DNA of 64,000 nucleotides. Source: Phenylobacterium sp. Lineage in GTDB: Bacteria; Pseudomonadota; Alphaproteobacteria; Caulobacterales; Caulobacteraceae. Shown here piece after piece: positions 35,853-45,501 of this stretch (the stretch's first letter is position 1; every line of letters starts with the position of its first letter). The notes under the pieces were generated by a model. It searched no databases and was not told the DNA's origin. It saw nothing but the letters and a program-made list of their open reading frames with translations. The stretch is taken from positions 1,236 through 65,235 of the forward strand of contig JAGOQB010000011.1 of NCBI GenBank assembly GCA_017991675.1, written 5' to 3'. The translations under genes and the position numbers were made by a program.

Positions 35853-35920
35853 AGCCCCGCTCGCCTGCGCCGATGCGCGTTGGCGGCGGCCCCCGTCGCC
35901 TTCCGCCTGCAAAGACGTTC

Positions 35921-36406
35921 ATGATCGTTCCCGCCGAACAGGCCCTTATCTACACCCAAGAAGACCCCGCCGACGACGCCGCCATCGCGGCGCTGCTGGA
36001 CCACGCCTTCGGACCCGGCCGCTTCGTGAAGGCGTCCGAGCGCGTGCGCGAGTTCGCCGAATTCCGCCCGGAGATGTCGTTCTGCGCCTGGGACGGCGCG
36101 GAGCTGGTCGGCGTCGTGCGGATGTGGAAGGTGCATGTGGGCGGCGCGCCTGCGATCTTCCTGGGGCCGCTGGCGGTGCAGGCCGAGGGCCGGAAGTTCG
36201 GGGTCGGCGGCGAGCTGGTGCAGCGCGCCTGCGCCGCGGCGCAGGCCGCCGGCTATCCGGTGCTGCTGGTCGGCGATGAGCCCTATTTCAGCCGCTTCGG
36301 CTTCTCGGCCGCGCCCTGCAAGGGCGTGCGGATGCCCGGGCCGGTCGACCAGCGCCGGGTGCTGGCCCGCGGCGCGGACCTGCTGGACGGGCCGGTCACG
36401 GCCTGA
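35921..36406 (+). CDS. GNAT N-acetyltransferase (YhbS-like)
   Basis: AFGPGRF.K.SERVRE, LGPLAV and LLVGDEPYF.RFGF motifs. Confidence 0.88.
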   Translation: MIVPAEQALIYTQEDPADDAAIAALLDHAFGPGRFVKASERVREFAEFRPEMSFCAWDGAELVGVVRMWKVHVGGAPAIFLGPLAVQAEGRKFGVGGELVQRACAAAQAAGYPVLLVGDEPYFSRFGFSAAPCKGVRMPGPVDQRRVLARGADLLDGPVTA

Positions 36407-36409
36407 TCG

Positions 36410-36811
36410 TCACCCCCTTTTGGGCTTCTTCTTCGAGGCGCTGTTGAGCGCGGCGGCGGCTTGGATCAGGGCCTTGAAGGCCGCTTCGTCCGGGGCTGCG
36501 TCCTGCGGGAGGTCGATGGCGCGGCGGACGTTTCCCTCGAGGCTGGAGTTGAACAGGCCGGCGGGGTCGTCGAGGGCCGCGCCCTTGGCGAAGGTCAGCT
36601 TGACGTAGGCCTTGTAGGTCTCACCCGTGCAGATGATGCCGTCCGAGGACCAGACCGGGGTGCCGCGCCACTTCACCTCCTCGACCACCTCGGGAACCGC
36701 CTGGTGGATCAGGGCGCGGACGCGGGCCAGGGTCTCGCCGCGCCAGTCGCCGAGCGCGGCGATGCGGGCGTCGATCTCCGTCGAGGCGGAGGAGGGCTCG
36801 GGCGTGGTCAT
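36410..36811 (-). CDS. DUF1801 domain protein
   Basis: DWRGETLARVR.LI, EVKW.GTPVW, VKLTFAKGA.L.DP..LFN. Confidence 0.88.
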   Translation of the reverse strand: MTTPEPSSASTEIDARIAALGDWRGETLARVRALIHQAVPEVVEEVKWRGTPVWSSDGIICTGETYKAYVKLTFAKGAALDDPAGLFNSSLEGNVRRAIDLPQDAAPDEAAFKALIQAAAALNSASKKKPKRG

Positions 36812-36935
36812 GGGCTTGTCCTTCGGCGGGCCTGCTACTTTGCGGCGAACGGAACGGCGCTGTCGAGAACACGATCGCCGCCGCTCGTGGAAGAACCCCG
36901 TTGAGGCGACGCGCGCGGGTCCTTACCTTTGCTGC

Positions 36936-37511
36936 ATGGGAGAGACGACGACGAAGCCCGGCCTTGAGGGCGTGATCGCGGCGGCCAAGCAGGCGCCTGG
37001 GCGCGGATTGCCGCCGGTGCATCTGTGGCACCCGGCCCACTGCGGCGAAATCGACATCGTGATCCGCAAGGACGGGACCTGGTTCCACGAGGGTTCGCCG
37101 ATCGGGCGCGAGGCGCTGGTGCGATTGTTCTCGACCGTGCTGCGCAAGGACCCCGACGGCTTCCACCTGGTGACCCCGGTGGAGAAGATGAAGATCAGCG
37201 TCGAGGACGCGCCTTTCATCGCCACGCGGGTGGATCGCGAGGGCGAGGGGCTGAGGTTCCTGACCAATGTCGGCGACGAGGTGGTCGCCGGTCCCGAGAA
37301 CGAGATCCGGGTGGAGATGGACGCCGTGACCGGCGAGCCGCGGCCCTATCTGCATGTGCGGCGCGGGCTGGAGGCGCTGATCGCCCGGCCGGTGTTCTAT
37401 GAGCTGGTCGAGCTGGCGCAGGAGCGCGACACCCCCGAGGGGCCGCGCCTGGGGGTCGAATCGAACGGCGCCTGGTTCCCGATCGGCCCGGCCGGAGCCC
37501 ACCAGCTGTGA
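36936..37511 (+). CDS. DUF1285 domain protein
   Basis: PPVHLW.P.HCGEIDI.I..DGTWF, LVTPVEK..I.VEDAPF. Confidence 0.88.
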   Translation: MGETTTKPGLEGVIAAAKQAPGRGLPPVHLWHPAHCGEIDIVIRKDGTWFHEGSPIGREALVRLFSTVLRKDPDGFHLVTPVEKMKISVEDAPFIATRVDREGEGLRFLTNVGDEVVAGPENEIRVEMDAVTGEPRPYLHVRRGLEALIARPVFYELVELAQERDTPEGPRLGVESNGAWFPIGPAGAHQL

Positions 37512-38149
37512 GCCCGAACGCGCCGCCGGACGAAATGCGCGAATGGATCGCCGGCCATCTCGATCCGCTCGACGGCGAGCCGGCGAGCACGGCCGCGTCC
37601 GATTTCGACCTGGGGCCCAACGCCTTTCCCAACGAGCCGGTCAGCCTGAAGCCGGCGGCGGTGCTGGTCGGGCTGATCGAGCGGCCCTTCGGCTATTCGG
37701 TGCTGCTGACCCGGCGGGCCGACACCCTGCGCAGCCACACCGGCCAGATCGCGCTGCCGGGCGGGCGCTCCGATCCGGGCGAGACCAGCCCGATCACCGC
37801 CCTGCGCGAGGCGCACGAGGAGGTGGGGCTGGCCCCCGACTACGTGACCCTGGCGGGGCTGTCCTCGCCCTACCGGACGGGGACGGGGTTCCTGGTGACC
37901 CCGGTGGTGGGGTTCATCCAGCCGGGGTTCTCACTGACGCCCAATCCGGCCGAGGTGGCCGACATCTTCGAGACGCCGTTCGGGTTCCTGATGGACCCGG
38001 CCAACCATGAGCGGCACGAGCGCCAGGGACCTGACGGGCAATTGCGCCGTTTCTACGCCATGACCCACGAGGATCGTTTCATCTGGGGCGCGACGGCCGG
38101 GATGCTGCGGGCGCTCTACGACCGGCTCTACGGGGCGGCGGTTGCTTAG
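37508..38149 (+). CDS. CoA pyrophosphatase (Nudix)
   Basis: LLTRR...L..H.GQIALPGG...TALREAHEEVGL, NP.EV, IWGATA. Confidence 0.92.
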   Translation: MSPNAPPDEMREWIAGHLDPLDGEPASTAASDFDLGPNAFPNEPVSLKPAAVLVGLIERPFGYSVLLTRRADTLRSHTGQIALPGGRSDPGETSPITALREAHEEVGLAPDYVTLAGLSSPYRTGTGFLVTPVVGFIQPGFSLTPNPAEVADIFETPFGFLMDPANHERHERQGPDGQLRRFYAMTHEDRFIWGATAGMLRALYDRLYGAAVA

Positions 38150-38417
38150 GGAGCTGGCCCCGCGGCTGCTGCTGATCGCGGCTCCCTTCGTCATCTGGTT
38201 CATCTGGCGCGGCGTGGCGCTGCGCACGGGGCGGCCGATGGGCGCGACGCCCTGGACCTGGCTGGTGGCGATCGCAGGCGTGCTGCTGGCGGTTTCGCTG
38301 CTGGCGACCGGTCTTTTCCATGGCGACAACCGCGGCGAGACCTATGTTCCTGCCGAGGTCGAGGCCGGCGGCCATGTGGCGCCGGGACATTTCGAGAAGA
38401 AGGCGCCCGTAAAGTGA
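38142..38417 (+). CDS. small two-TM membrane protein (DUF6111-like)
   Basis: Two TM segments then YVPA....G.V.PGHF, translationally coupled to neighbours. Confidence 0.7.
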   Translation: MLRELAPRLLLIAAPFVIWFIWRGVALRTGRPMGATPWTWLVAIAGVLLAVSLLATGLFHGDNRGETYVPAEVEAGGHVAPGHFEKKAPVK

Positions 38418-39658
38418 CGCAGAGCATCGGCGAGAAGCCCTGGATGAAGCCCGCCGCGCCGGTGATGACGGCGCTGGAGGCGGTCGGCGGGCCGGGCTGC
38501 GCGCGGTTCGTCGGCGGGGCGGTGCGCAACGCCCTGCTGGGCGCGCCGGTCGACGATGTCGACATCGCCTGCACCCTGACGCCGGAGGAGGCGACCAAGG
38601 CGCTGCAGGACGCCGGGATCAGGGTCGTCCCGACCGGGGTCGAGCACGGCACGGTCACCGCGATCATCAAGGGCGAGCCGTTCGAGGTGACCACCCTGCG
38701 CCGCGACGTCGAGACCGACGGGCGACGGGCGGTGGTGGCCTTCACCCAGGACTGGGGCGAGGACGCCCAGCGGCGCGATTTCACGATGAACGCGGTCTAT
38801 GCCGACCGGCTGGGGAACCTGAGCGACCCGACCGGAACCGGCGTCGCCGACGCCCAGGCGGGGCGGCTGGTGTTCGTGGGCGAGGCGGCGACCCGCATCG
38901 CCGAGGACAGCTTGCGCATCCTGCGCTACTTCCGGTTCCTGGCCTGGTACGGCAAGGGCGAGCCGGACGCCGCGGCGCTGGCCGCCTGCGAGGCCGGGCG
39001 CGAGCGGATGGGCAACCTGGCGGCCGAGCGGGTGGCCAAGGAGCTGCTGAAGCTGCTGGCGGCCTATGACCCGCGCCCGGCGACGGCGCTGATGGCCAAG
39101 ACCGGGGTGCTGAGCCAGCTGCTGCCCAGCGCCGCGGACCTGGCCAGCTTCAATCAGCTGGTCGAGGTCGAGACCGAGCAGCTGTTCACCTGCGATGCGC
39201 TGCTGCGCCTGGCGACCCTGCTGCCTGACAACGAGGTCGGCGTCGGCAAGGCGGCCGAGGGCCTGCGGCTCTCCAACGACCAGCGCGACCGGCTGGTGGC
39301 GGCGATGGGCAAGACCCCGCGCATCACCTCGTGGATGAGCCCGCGCGAGAGCCGCCGGGCGGTTTATAAGATCGGCGTGCAGGCGTTCAGCGACCGCATC
39401 AAGCTGGCCTGGTCGCACTCGGAGCGGTCGGCGGCCACCCATCAGTGGCGCGGCCTGCTGGCCCTGGCCGAAAGCTGGACCCCGCCGCCGTTCCCGCTGA
39501 CCGGCGAGGACGTGATCAAGTCGGGCGTGCCCAAGGGGCCGATGGTCGGCCAGGTGCTGCGCGAGGTCGAGGACTGGTGGATCGACCACGACTTCATCGA
39601 CGACAAGTTCTCGGCCATCGAGAAGCTGAAGGCCGTGGCCCAAGGCATGGCGTATTAG
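38414..39658 (+). CDS. cca: CCA tRNA nucleotidyltransferase
   Basis: FVGGAVRN.LLG...DDVDIA, EVTTLR, DAQRRDFTMNA, EDSLRILRYFRF. Confidence 0.88.
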   Translation: MTQSIGEKPWMKPAAPVMTALEAVGGPGCARFVGGAVRNALLGAPVDDVDIACTLTPEEATKALQDAGIRVVPTGVEHGTVTAIIKGEPFEVTTLRRDVETDGRRAVVAFTQDWGEDAQRRDFTMNAVYADRLGNLSDPTGTGVADAQAGRLVFVGEAATRIAEDSLRILRYFRFLAWYGKGEPDAAALAACEAGRERMGNLAAERVAKELLKLLAAYDPRPATALMAKTGVLSQLLPSAADLASFNQLVEVETEQLFTCDALLRLATLLPDNEVGVGKAAEGLRLSNDQRDRLVAAMGKTPRITSWMSPRESRRAVYKIGVQAFSDRIKLAWSHSERSAATHQWRGLLALAESWTPPPFPLTGEDVIKSGVPKGPMVGQVLREVEDWWIDHDFIDDKFSAIEKLKAVAQGMAY

Positions 39659-39661
39659 GAC

Positions 39662-39804
39662 GTGTCATCCCGGCTGGAGCGAAGCGGAAGGCCGGGATCC
39701 ATTCGCACCGTTCGCGCTGATCAGGGCGCGGATTGCGCCTTATCCTGGTCCATCCGGCGTTCATGGGTCCCGGTCTTCGGCCAAAGGCCGAAACCGGGAT
39801 GACA
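39662..39804 (+). repeat. family A REP doublet, copy 4
   Basis: GTGTCATCCCGG..CCGGGATCCATTCGC...CATCCGGCGTTCATGGGTCCCGG..CCGGGATGACA. Confidence 0.9.
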
Positions 39805-39827
39805 ATTGAGTTTGAGGTTCAAGATCC

Positions 39828-40526
39828 ATGAAGCTCGGCATTCTGGAGACCGGCGCGCCGCCGGAGGAGATCCGCGGACGCTTTGGCGGCTATCCGTCGA
39901 TGTTCCGGCGGCTGTTCGGCGAGAACGCCTATGACTACGCCGTCTATGACGTGGCGGCGGGCGAGATGCCGGCGGGCGTCGCCGAGTGCGGGGCGTACCT
40001 CGTCACCGGCTCGTCGGCCGGGGCCTATGACCCCGAGCCGTGGATCGCGCCGCTGGAGGACTTCCTGCGCGCCGCCAAGGGCCAGGCGCCGCTGGTCGGC
40101 ATCTGCTTCGGCCACCAGATCATGGCCCAGGCGTTCGGCGGCAAGGTGATCAAGTCGCCGAAAGGCTGGGGGCTGGGCCTGCAGCGCTATCGGCTGGCGC
40201 AGAGCCTGCCCTGGATGGACAGCGGCGAGCCGATCGCCGTGCCGGGATCGCACCAGGACCAGGTGGTCGAGGCGCCGCCCGGCGCGCGGGTGATCGGCGG
40301 CAACGACTTCTGCGAGTTCGGGATGCTGGACTATGGCGAGGACCGGGCGATCTCGCTGCAGCTGCACCCGGAGTTCGAGCCCGACTACGCCAAGGCGCTG
40401 ATCGAGACCCGGCGCGGGACGCGGCTGACGGCGCAGGAGGCCGATCGCGCGGTGATGAGCTACGAGCAGCCCGACGACCGCCAGCGGGTCGGCGCGTGGC
40501 TGCAGCGGTTTATCGCCGGCGCCTGA
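39828..40526 (+). CDS. type 1 glutamine amidotransferase domain protein
   Basis: TGS, GICFGHQ and Q.HPE catalytic motifs. Confidence 0.9.
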   Translation: MKLGILETGAPPEEIRGRFGGYPSMFRRLFGENAYDYAVYDVAAGEMPAGVAECGAYLVTGSSAGAYDPEPWIAPLEDFLRAAKGQAPLVGICFGHQIMAQAFGGKVIKSPKGWGLGLQRYRLAQSLPWMDSGEPIAVPGSHQDQVVEAPPGARVIGGNDFCEFGMLDYGEDRAISLQLHPEFEPDYAKALIETRRGTRLTAQEADRAVMSYEQPDDRQRVGAWLQRFIAGA

Positions 40527-40553
40527 CGATCTTGTTTCCTGCACGTCTGATTG

Positions 40554-40596
40554 TTGCAACTCAGTCGCAATTGCCCTAGATGCGACTAAGTTGCAA
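40554..40596. promoter_or_regulatory. two Caulobacter-type Fur-like boxes in inverted arrangement
   Basis: TTGCAACTCAGTCGCAA (40554-40570) and ATGCGACTAAGTTGCAA (40580-40596) upstream of a siderophore-type receptor. Confidence 0.65.
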
Positions 40597-40619
40597 AATC
40601 AATATGTGTCGGGGTGCGT

Positions 40620-42725
40620 ATGAAGGATCTGGTGAAGCCGGCGCTGCTGGCGGGTGCGGCGTGGAGCGCGTTGGCGGGCGGGGCGTGGGCCGAGGAGGGA
40701 ACTGTCGAGGAACTGGTGGTCACCGGCCGCGCGCAGCGGCTCTACCGCACCGTGGAGACCACGGTCGGCAAGATCGCCGAGACCCCGCTCGATATTCCGC
40801 AGTCCATACAGGTGCTTAACGCCGACCTGATCGCCGACCAAGGCGCGCGCGACATCACCGACCTCTATCGCAACATCGCCGGGGTCACGACCTTCGCCTA
40901 TTCCGGCGTCACCTTCCGCGGCTTCCGTCAGGACGAGGTCTATTACGACAGCGTACGGGGCAATCCGTTCAACGCCTTCTCGACGCCGCAGCTGTTCAAC
41001 ATCGAGCGCGTCGAGGTGCTGAAGGGGCCGGCCGGCATGCTCTACGGCCCCGGCTCGCCGGGCGGGCTGATCAACTACGTCACCAAGACCCCGGGCGAGG
41101 CGCGCTCCCTCGAAGCCTCGGCCACGGTGGGCAGCTACGACCGGCGCGGGGTTTCGCTGGCGGCCGAGGGCCGGATCGCCGGCCCGGTGCTGGGCCGCCT
41201 TGGCGGGTTCTACGAGGAGATGAAGCCGTTCCGCCGCAACTCCGGCTCGGAAATCCGCATCCTGGACGGCGGGCTGACGATCGAACTGGGCGAGCGGGCG
41301 CAGCTGGTGCTGCAATCGACCCGCTACGACCAGGCCCTGCAGGGCAACCGCCTGCGCGGCGTGCCGGCCGACAATTCCGGTGCGTTCCTGACCGACATCT
41401 CCTGGAACCACAACGAGGCCAGCGACTACCTGGTGCTGGGCGCCACCACCTATCAGGCGCGGCTGTCGGGCGAGATCGGCGCGCGGCTGTCCGGCGACCT
41501 GACGGTGCGCAGCTTCGATTCCAGCGAGAAGCAGCAGTACCACGAGCCGTTCGGCCTGGTGGACACCGACCGCGACGGGCAGGTCGACGCCACGCGCCGG
41601 CAGTTCCGCGACCAGGTGCGGCGGGCCGACGGGCTGGCGCTGGCCGGCAATCTGCGCGGCGAGTTCGAGACCGGGCCGCTGACCCACCGGGTGTTGGCGG
41701 GCGGCGACTGGTATCGCGAGAACGCCTGGTCCTACGGCCGCTCGCTGACCGCCGGGGTGCCGAACCTGTCGTTGCGCAACCCGGTCTACGGCGTGGTCTC
41801 GAGCCGCACCTACAACCTGCTGTCGGTGGCGCCGAGCTATACCGACAGCACCTCGCTGCGCTGGGGCGCCTACATCCAGGACCAGATCGCCTTCGGCGAG
41901 CGCTGGATCGTGGTCGGCGGCGTGCGGTTCGACCGCTTCGAGGACGAGGACAAGCGGAGCCGGCAAGTCTATGCCGACGACGACCTGACCTTCCGGGCCG
42001 GCGTGATCTACAAGGCGCGGCCGGACCTGTCGGTGTATGCGAGCTGGTCGGAGGGCTTCGAGCCGCAGGCGGTGTCGAGCCAATCGACTGTGGTCGGCGG
42101 GCCGTTCGCGCCGGTGACCGGCCAGCAGATCGAGGCCGGGGTGAAGGCCGAACTGCTGGACGGCCGCATCCAGGCCAACGCGGCGGTGTTCGAGATCGTC
42201 CGCGAGAACCTGCTGCAGATCGACCCGACCCGCCCGCCGGTGAACGGGCGCGACCAGATGGCGCCGATCGGCGAGGTGACCAGCCGCGGCTTCGAGACCG
42301 ACCTGTCGGTGGACGTGACGCCCAACTGGGTGGTGACCGCCAACTACGCCTACAACCACGTGCGGGTGACCAAGTCGGCGCCGGGCCGGGTGCTGAGCAA
42401 CGCGGTCGGCGACCGGTTCGCCAACGCCCCGGCGCACGAGGCCGGGTTCTGGACCCGCTACCAGATCGCCGCCATCGACACGGCGATCGCCTTCGGCGGC
42501 GAATACGTGGGCGAGCGCATCAGCATCGACGGTCAGCAGGTCAAGCCCTACACGATCTTCGACGTCTCGATCATCAAGACCTTCGGCCCGGTGCGGGCGA
42601 TGCTGCGGATCGACAACCTGTTCGACAAGACCTATGCGGCCTCGGGCTTCATCACGCGTTCGGGGCACTTCCCGGGCGAGCCGCGGTCGGTGTTCCTGGA
42701 ACTGCGGACCCGGTTCGGCGGCTGA
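40620..42725 (+). CDS. TonB-dependent siderophore receptor
   Basis: Signal peptide, VEELVVTG TonB box, DIPQSI, IERVEVLKGPA..LYG..SPGG.IN.VTK, NLFDKTY..PGEPR. Confidence 0.93.
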   Translation: MKDLVKPALLAGAAWSALAGGAWAEEGTVEELVVTGRAQRLYRTVETTVGKIAETPLDIPQSIQVLNADLIADQGARDITDLYRNIAGVTTFAYSGVTFRGFRQDEVYYDSVRGNPFNAFSTPQLFNIERVEVLKGPAGMLYGPGSPGGLINYVTKTPGEARSLEASATVGSYDRRGVSLAAEGRIAGPVLGRLGGFYEEMKPFRRNSGSEIRILDGGLTIELGERAQLVLQSTRYDQALQGNRLRGVPADNSGAFLTDISWNHNEASDYLVLGATTYQARLSGEIGARLSGDLTVRSFDSSEKQQYHEPFGLVDTDRDGQVDATRRQFRDQVRRADGLALAGNLRGEFETGPLTHRVLAGGDWYRENAWSYGRSLTAGVPNLSLRNPVYGVVSSRTYNLLSVAPSYTDSTSLRWGAYIQDQIAFGERWIVVGGVRFDRFEDEDKRSRQVYADDDLTFRAGVIYKARPDLSVYASWSEGFEPQAVSSQSTVVGGPFAPVTGQQIEAGVKAELLDGRIQANAAVFEIVRENLLQIDPTRPPVNGRDQMAPIGEVTSRGFETDLSVDVTPNWVVTANYAYNHVRVTKSAPGRVLSNAVGDRFANAPAHEAGFWTRYQIAAIDTAIAFGGEYVGERISIDGQQVKPYTIFDVSIIKTFGPVRAMLRIDNLFDKTYAASGFITRSGHFPGEPRSVFLELRTRFGG

Positions 42726-42727
42726 GC

Positions 42728-43915
42728 ATGGCGGCCAAGCGGCGTTCGTTGTGGTGGTCGGTCCATAGCTGGGCCGGGCTGAAGTTGTCGGTGCTGATGA
42801 GCTTCGTGCTGATCACCGGCACGCTGGCGGTGGTGGCGCACGAGATCGACTGGCTGGCCAACCCGGCCATGCGTGTGGCGCCGCGGGCCGAGCCCTATGT
42901 CTCGTGGGGAACCCTGGCGCAGGCCGCCCAGGCCGCCGTGCCCGGCGGACGCGTCGCCTCGCTGCACGCCCCGATCGATCCCTGGTTCGCGGCCGAGGCG
43001 CTGGTGGAGAGCGGCGGCTCGCGGTCGACGCGGGTGTTCGTCGACCCCTATAGCGGCGAGGTCGCCGGAACCGGCGGCTGGGCCAACGCGCAGCGGTTCC
43101 TGCGCCAGACCCACCGTCACCTGATGCTGCCCACCAAGGTGGGGGTGCCGATCGTCAGCGCCCTGAGCTTCCTGCTGCTGGCCTCGCTGATCACCGGGAT
43201 CGTCACCTACAAGAAGTGGTGGCGCGGCTTCCTCCGCCCGCCGCGGGCAGGGGATGCGCGCCGGTTCAATGGCGATCTGCACCGGCTGGCGGGGCTGTGG
43301 AGCCTGTGGTTCGTGGCCCTGATTGTGGTCACGGGCCTCTGGTACCTGGTGGAATCGCTGGGCGGCGGGGCCCCGCGCCTGCCGCAGCCGACGGCGAAGA
43401 TCAGCCAGGCGCCGACGCTGTCGGGTCCGGCGCTGGATGCGGTCGTGGCGCGCGCGCAGGCGGCCTATCCGGAGCTGGAGGTGCGCGAAGTGCGGCTGCC
43501 GGGCGACGGCGATCGCGGGGTGGCGGTGCTGGGCCAGGCGGGCGCGATGCTGGTTCGCGATCGGGCGAACGCGGTCTGGCTCGACCCGCGCGACGGCAAG
43601 GTGCTGCTGGTGGCCCGCGGCGAGGCGCTGAATACGCACCAGCGGATCTCGGAAATGGCCGACCCGCTGCACTTCGGGACCTTCGGCGGGCTGACGACCA
43701 AGCTGATCTGGCTGGCGGCCGGAGCGTTGCTGAGCGCGCTGTCGGTGACCGGGGTGGTGATCTACAGCCTGCGCCTGGCCAAGGCGGCGCGCGAGGCGCC
43801 GGCAGGCGGCTGGCTGCACGCCTGGCGCGGCATGGGCTGGTGGGTCTATCCGGCCCTGGGCCTGATTGCGCTGAGCCTTGCGCTGACGCCGTCAGGCCTG
43901 GCCGGGGCGGGCTAG
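42728..43915 (+). CDS. PepSY-associated TM helix (iron-uptake/reductase) protein
   Basis: HSWAGL, ITG...V..HEID, VDPYSG, DLHR..GLW, LHFGTFGG. Confidence 0.9.
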   Translation: MAAKRRSLWWSVHSWAGLKLSVLMSFVLITGTLAVVAHEIDWLANPAMRVAPRAEPYVSWGTLAQAAQAAVPGGRVASLHAPIDPWFAAEALVESGGSRSTRVFVDPYSGEVAGTGGWANAQRFLRQTHRHLMLPTKVGVPIVSALSFLLLASLITGIVTYKKWWRGFLRPPRAGDARRFNGDLHRLAGLWSLWFVALIVVTGLWYLVESLGGGAPRLPQPTAKISQAPTLSGPALDAVVARAQAAYPELEVREVRLPGDGDRGVAVLGQAGAMLVRDRANAVWLDPRDGKVLLVARGEALNTHQRISEMADPLHFGTFGGLTTKLIWLAAGALLSALSVTGVVIYSLRLAKAAREAPAGGWLHAWRGMGWWVYPALGLIALSLALTPSGLAGAG

Positions 43916-44790
43916 ATCCAGCTGACCATCGGCGGCATCGAGGACAGGATGGTGTCGATGTTGCCGCCGGCCTTGAGACCGAACATGGTGCCGCGGTCGT
44001 AGAGCAGGTTGAACTCGACGTAGCGGCCGCGGCGGACCAGCTGTTCCTGGCGGTCGGCCTCGGTCCAGGGTTCGTCCATGTGGTGGCGGACGATCTTCGG
44101 GTAGACGTCGAGGAAGGCCTCGCCGACCGCGCGGGTGAAGGCGAAGTCCTTCTCGAAGTCGCCGCTGTTGTGGCGGTCGTAGAAAATGCCGCCGATGCCG
44201 CGCGGCTCCTTGCGGTGCGGCAGGTAGAAGTACTCGTCGCACCAGGCCTTGTACTTGCCGTACCACTCCGGATCGTAGGGATCGCAGGCGGCCTGCATGG
44301 CTGCGTGGAACAGCTTGGTGTCGTCGGCCTCCTGGTTGCGCTGAGCATCGAGCATCGGCGTCAGGTCGGCGCCGCCGCCGAACCAGCTTTCCGCCGTCGA
44401 CAGGAAGCGGGTGTTCATGTGCACGGTCGGCACGCGCGGCGAAACCGGGTGCACGATCAGGCTGATGCTGGCCGAGACGTAGGTCGGGTCCTGGTCGGCG
44501 CCGGGCATCTGGGCCGCCATCTCGGGCGAGAAGCGGGCGAGGGCCGCAGAGGTGTGCACCCCGGCCTTTTCGAACAGCCGGCCCTTGAGGTGGCCGCCGA
44601 TCCCGCCGCCGGTCCCGGTCTCACGCGTCCAGGGGCGGGCTTCGAACTGGCCGGGCGCGCCGGGATAGAGGTCGGCCGGAGCTTCCTCTTCCAGCCGCTC
44701 GAGCTCGGCGAAGATTCGAGTCTGCAGACTTTCGAACCATTCCTTGGCGCGGTCGCGCCGGGTTTCGATCTCGGGAGAAATGTTGGTCAT
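43912..44790 (-). CDS. hemF: oxygen-dependent coproporphyrinogen III oxidase
   Basis: FEKAGV, PTVHMNTR, WFGGGADLTP, KAWCDEYF, RRGRYVEFNLLYDRGT. Confidence 0.96.
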   Translation of the reverse strand: MTNISPEIETRRDRAKEWFESLQTRIFAELERLEEEAPADLYPGAPGQFEARPWTRETGTGGGIGGHLKGRLFEKAGVHTSAALARFSPEMAAQMPGADQDPTYVSASISLIVHPVSPRVPTVHMNTRFLSTAESWFGGGADLTPMLDAQRNQEADDTKLFHAAMQAACDPYDPEWYGKYKAWCDEYFYLPHRKEPRGIGGIFYDRHNSGDFEKDFAFTRAVGEAFLDVYPKIVRHHMDEPWTEADRQEQLVRRGRYVEFNLLYDRGTMFGLKAGGNIDTILSSMPPMVSWI

Positions 44791-44802
44791 CGCGTACCGC
44801 AG

Positions 44803-45270
44803 TCAGGAAATTTGCATGGGCTTAGGAAATTGATCGGTCTGCCGCAACGCCTCGGAAAGGCCGATGGCGGCCGAAACGGTGACGTTCAGCGAGCGCCGGC
44901 CGGGCGTCAGCGGAATGAAGACGCGGGCGTCGGAAGCGTCGTGAACCTCGTCCGGAACGCCGAGGCTTTCGCGGCCGAACAGCAGGATGTCGTCGGGCCG
45001 AAAGGCGAATTCGTGCAATGGCTGCGCGGCCTTAGTGGAGAACAACACTATGCGAGCGCGCCCCTTGGCGGCCTGAAAGTCGCTCCAGCCGGCATGGCGC
45101 ACGACATCGGCAGGTTCGCCGTAATCCATCGCCGCACGGCGGATCGCCTTGTCGGAAAGCGGGAAACCACAAGGCTCTATGACGTGTACGGGCACCCCCA
45201 TACAGGCGCCGAGGCGAAGGGCCGCGCCAAGGTTTTGCGGAATGTCCGGTTGAAAAAGCGCGAGCAGCAT
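44803..45270 (-). CDS. trmL: tRNA (cytidine(34)-2'-O)-methyltransferase
   Basis: PDIPQNLG, IEPCGF, RRAAMDY, FGRES.G, RSLNV. Confidence 0.93.
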   Translation of the reverse strand: MLLALFQPDIPQNLGAALRLGACMGVPVHVIEPCGFPLSDKAIRRAAMDYGEPADVVRHAGWSDFQAAKGRARIVLFSTKAAQPLHEFAFRPDDILLFGRESLGVPDEVHDASDARVFIPLTPGRRSLNVTVSAAIGLSEALRQTDQFPKPMQIS

Positions 45271-45501
45271 TCTAAGCGGTCCAGCCACGGGATTAGCCGG
45301 GGCCAGGGGCGAATCACGGAAGGGTGGGGTGCGAGATGCAATCCGACTGTTCTTCCGCGGGTTTGCCCGGCGCCCAGCGTTCAGTTCCGGTGGCCCTTAC
45401 CAGAACCGCTGGCAGGGGTCGAAGGCTGGATCACTCCGGAATTATCCGTAGTGATCTGACGGGCCGCGGTCGCGCGGCCCCAAACGAAGGGTAGCTTTAA
45501 G

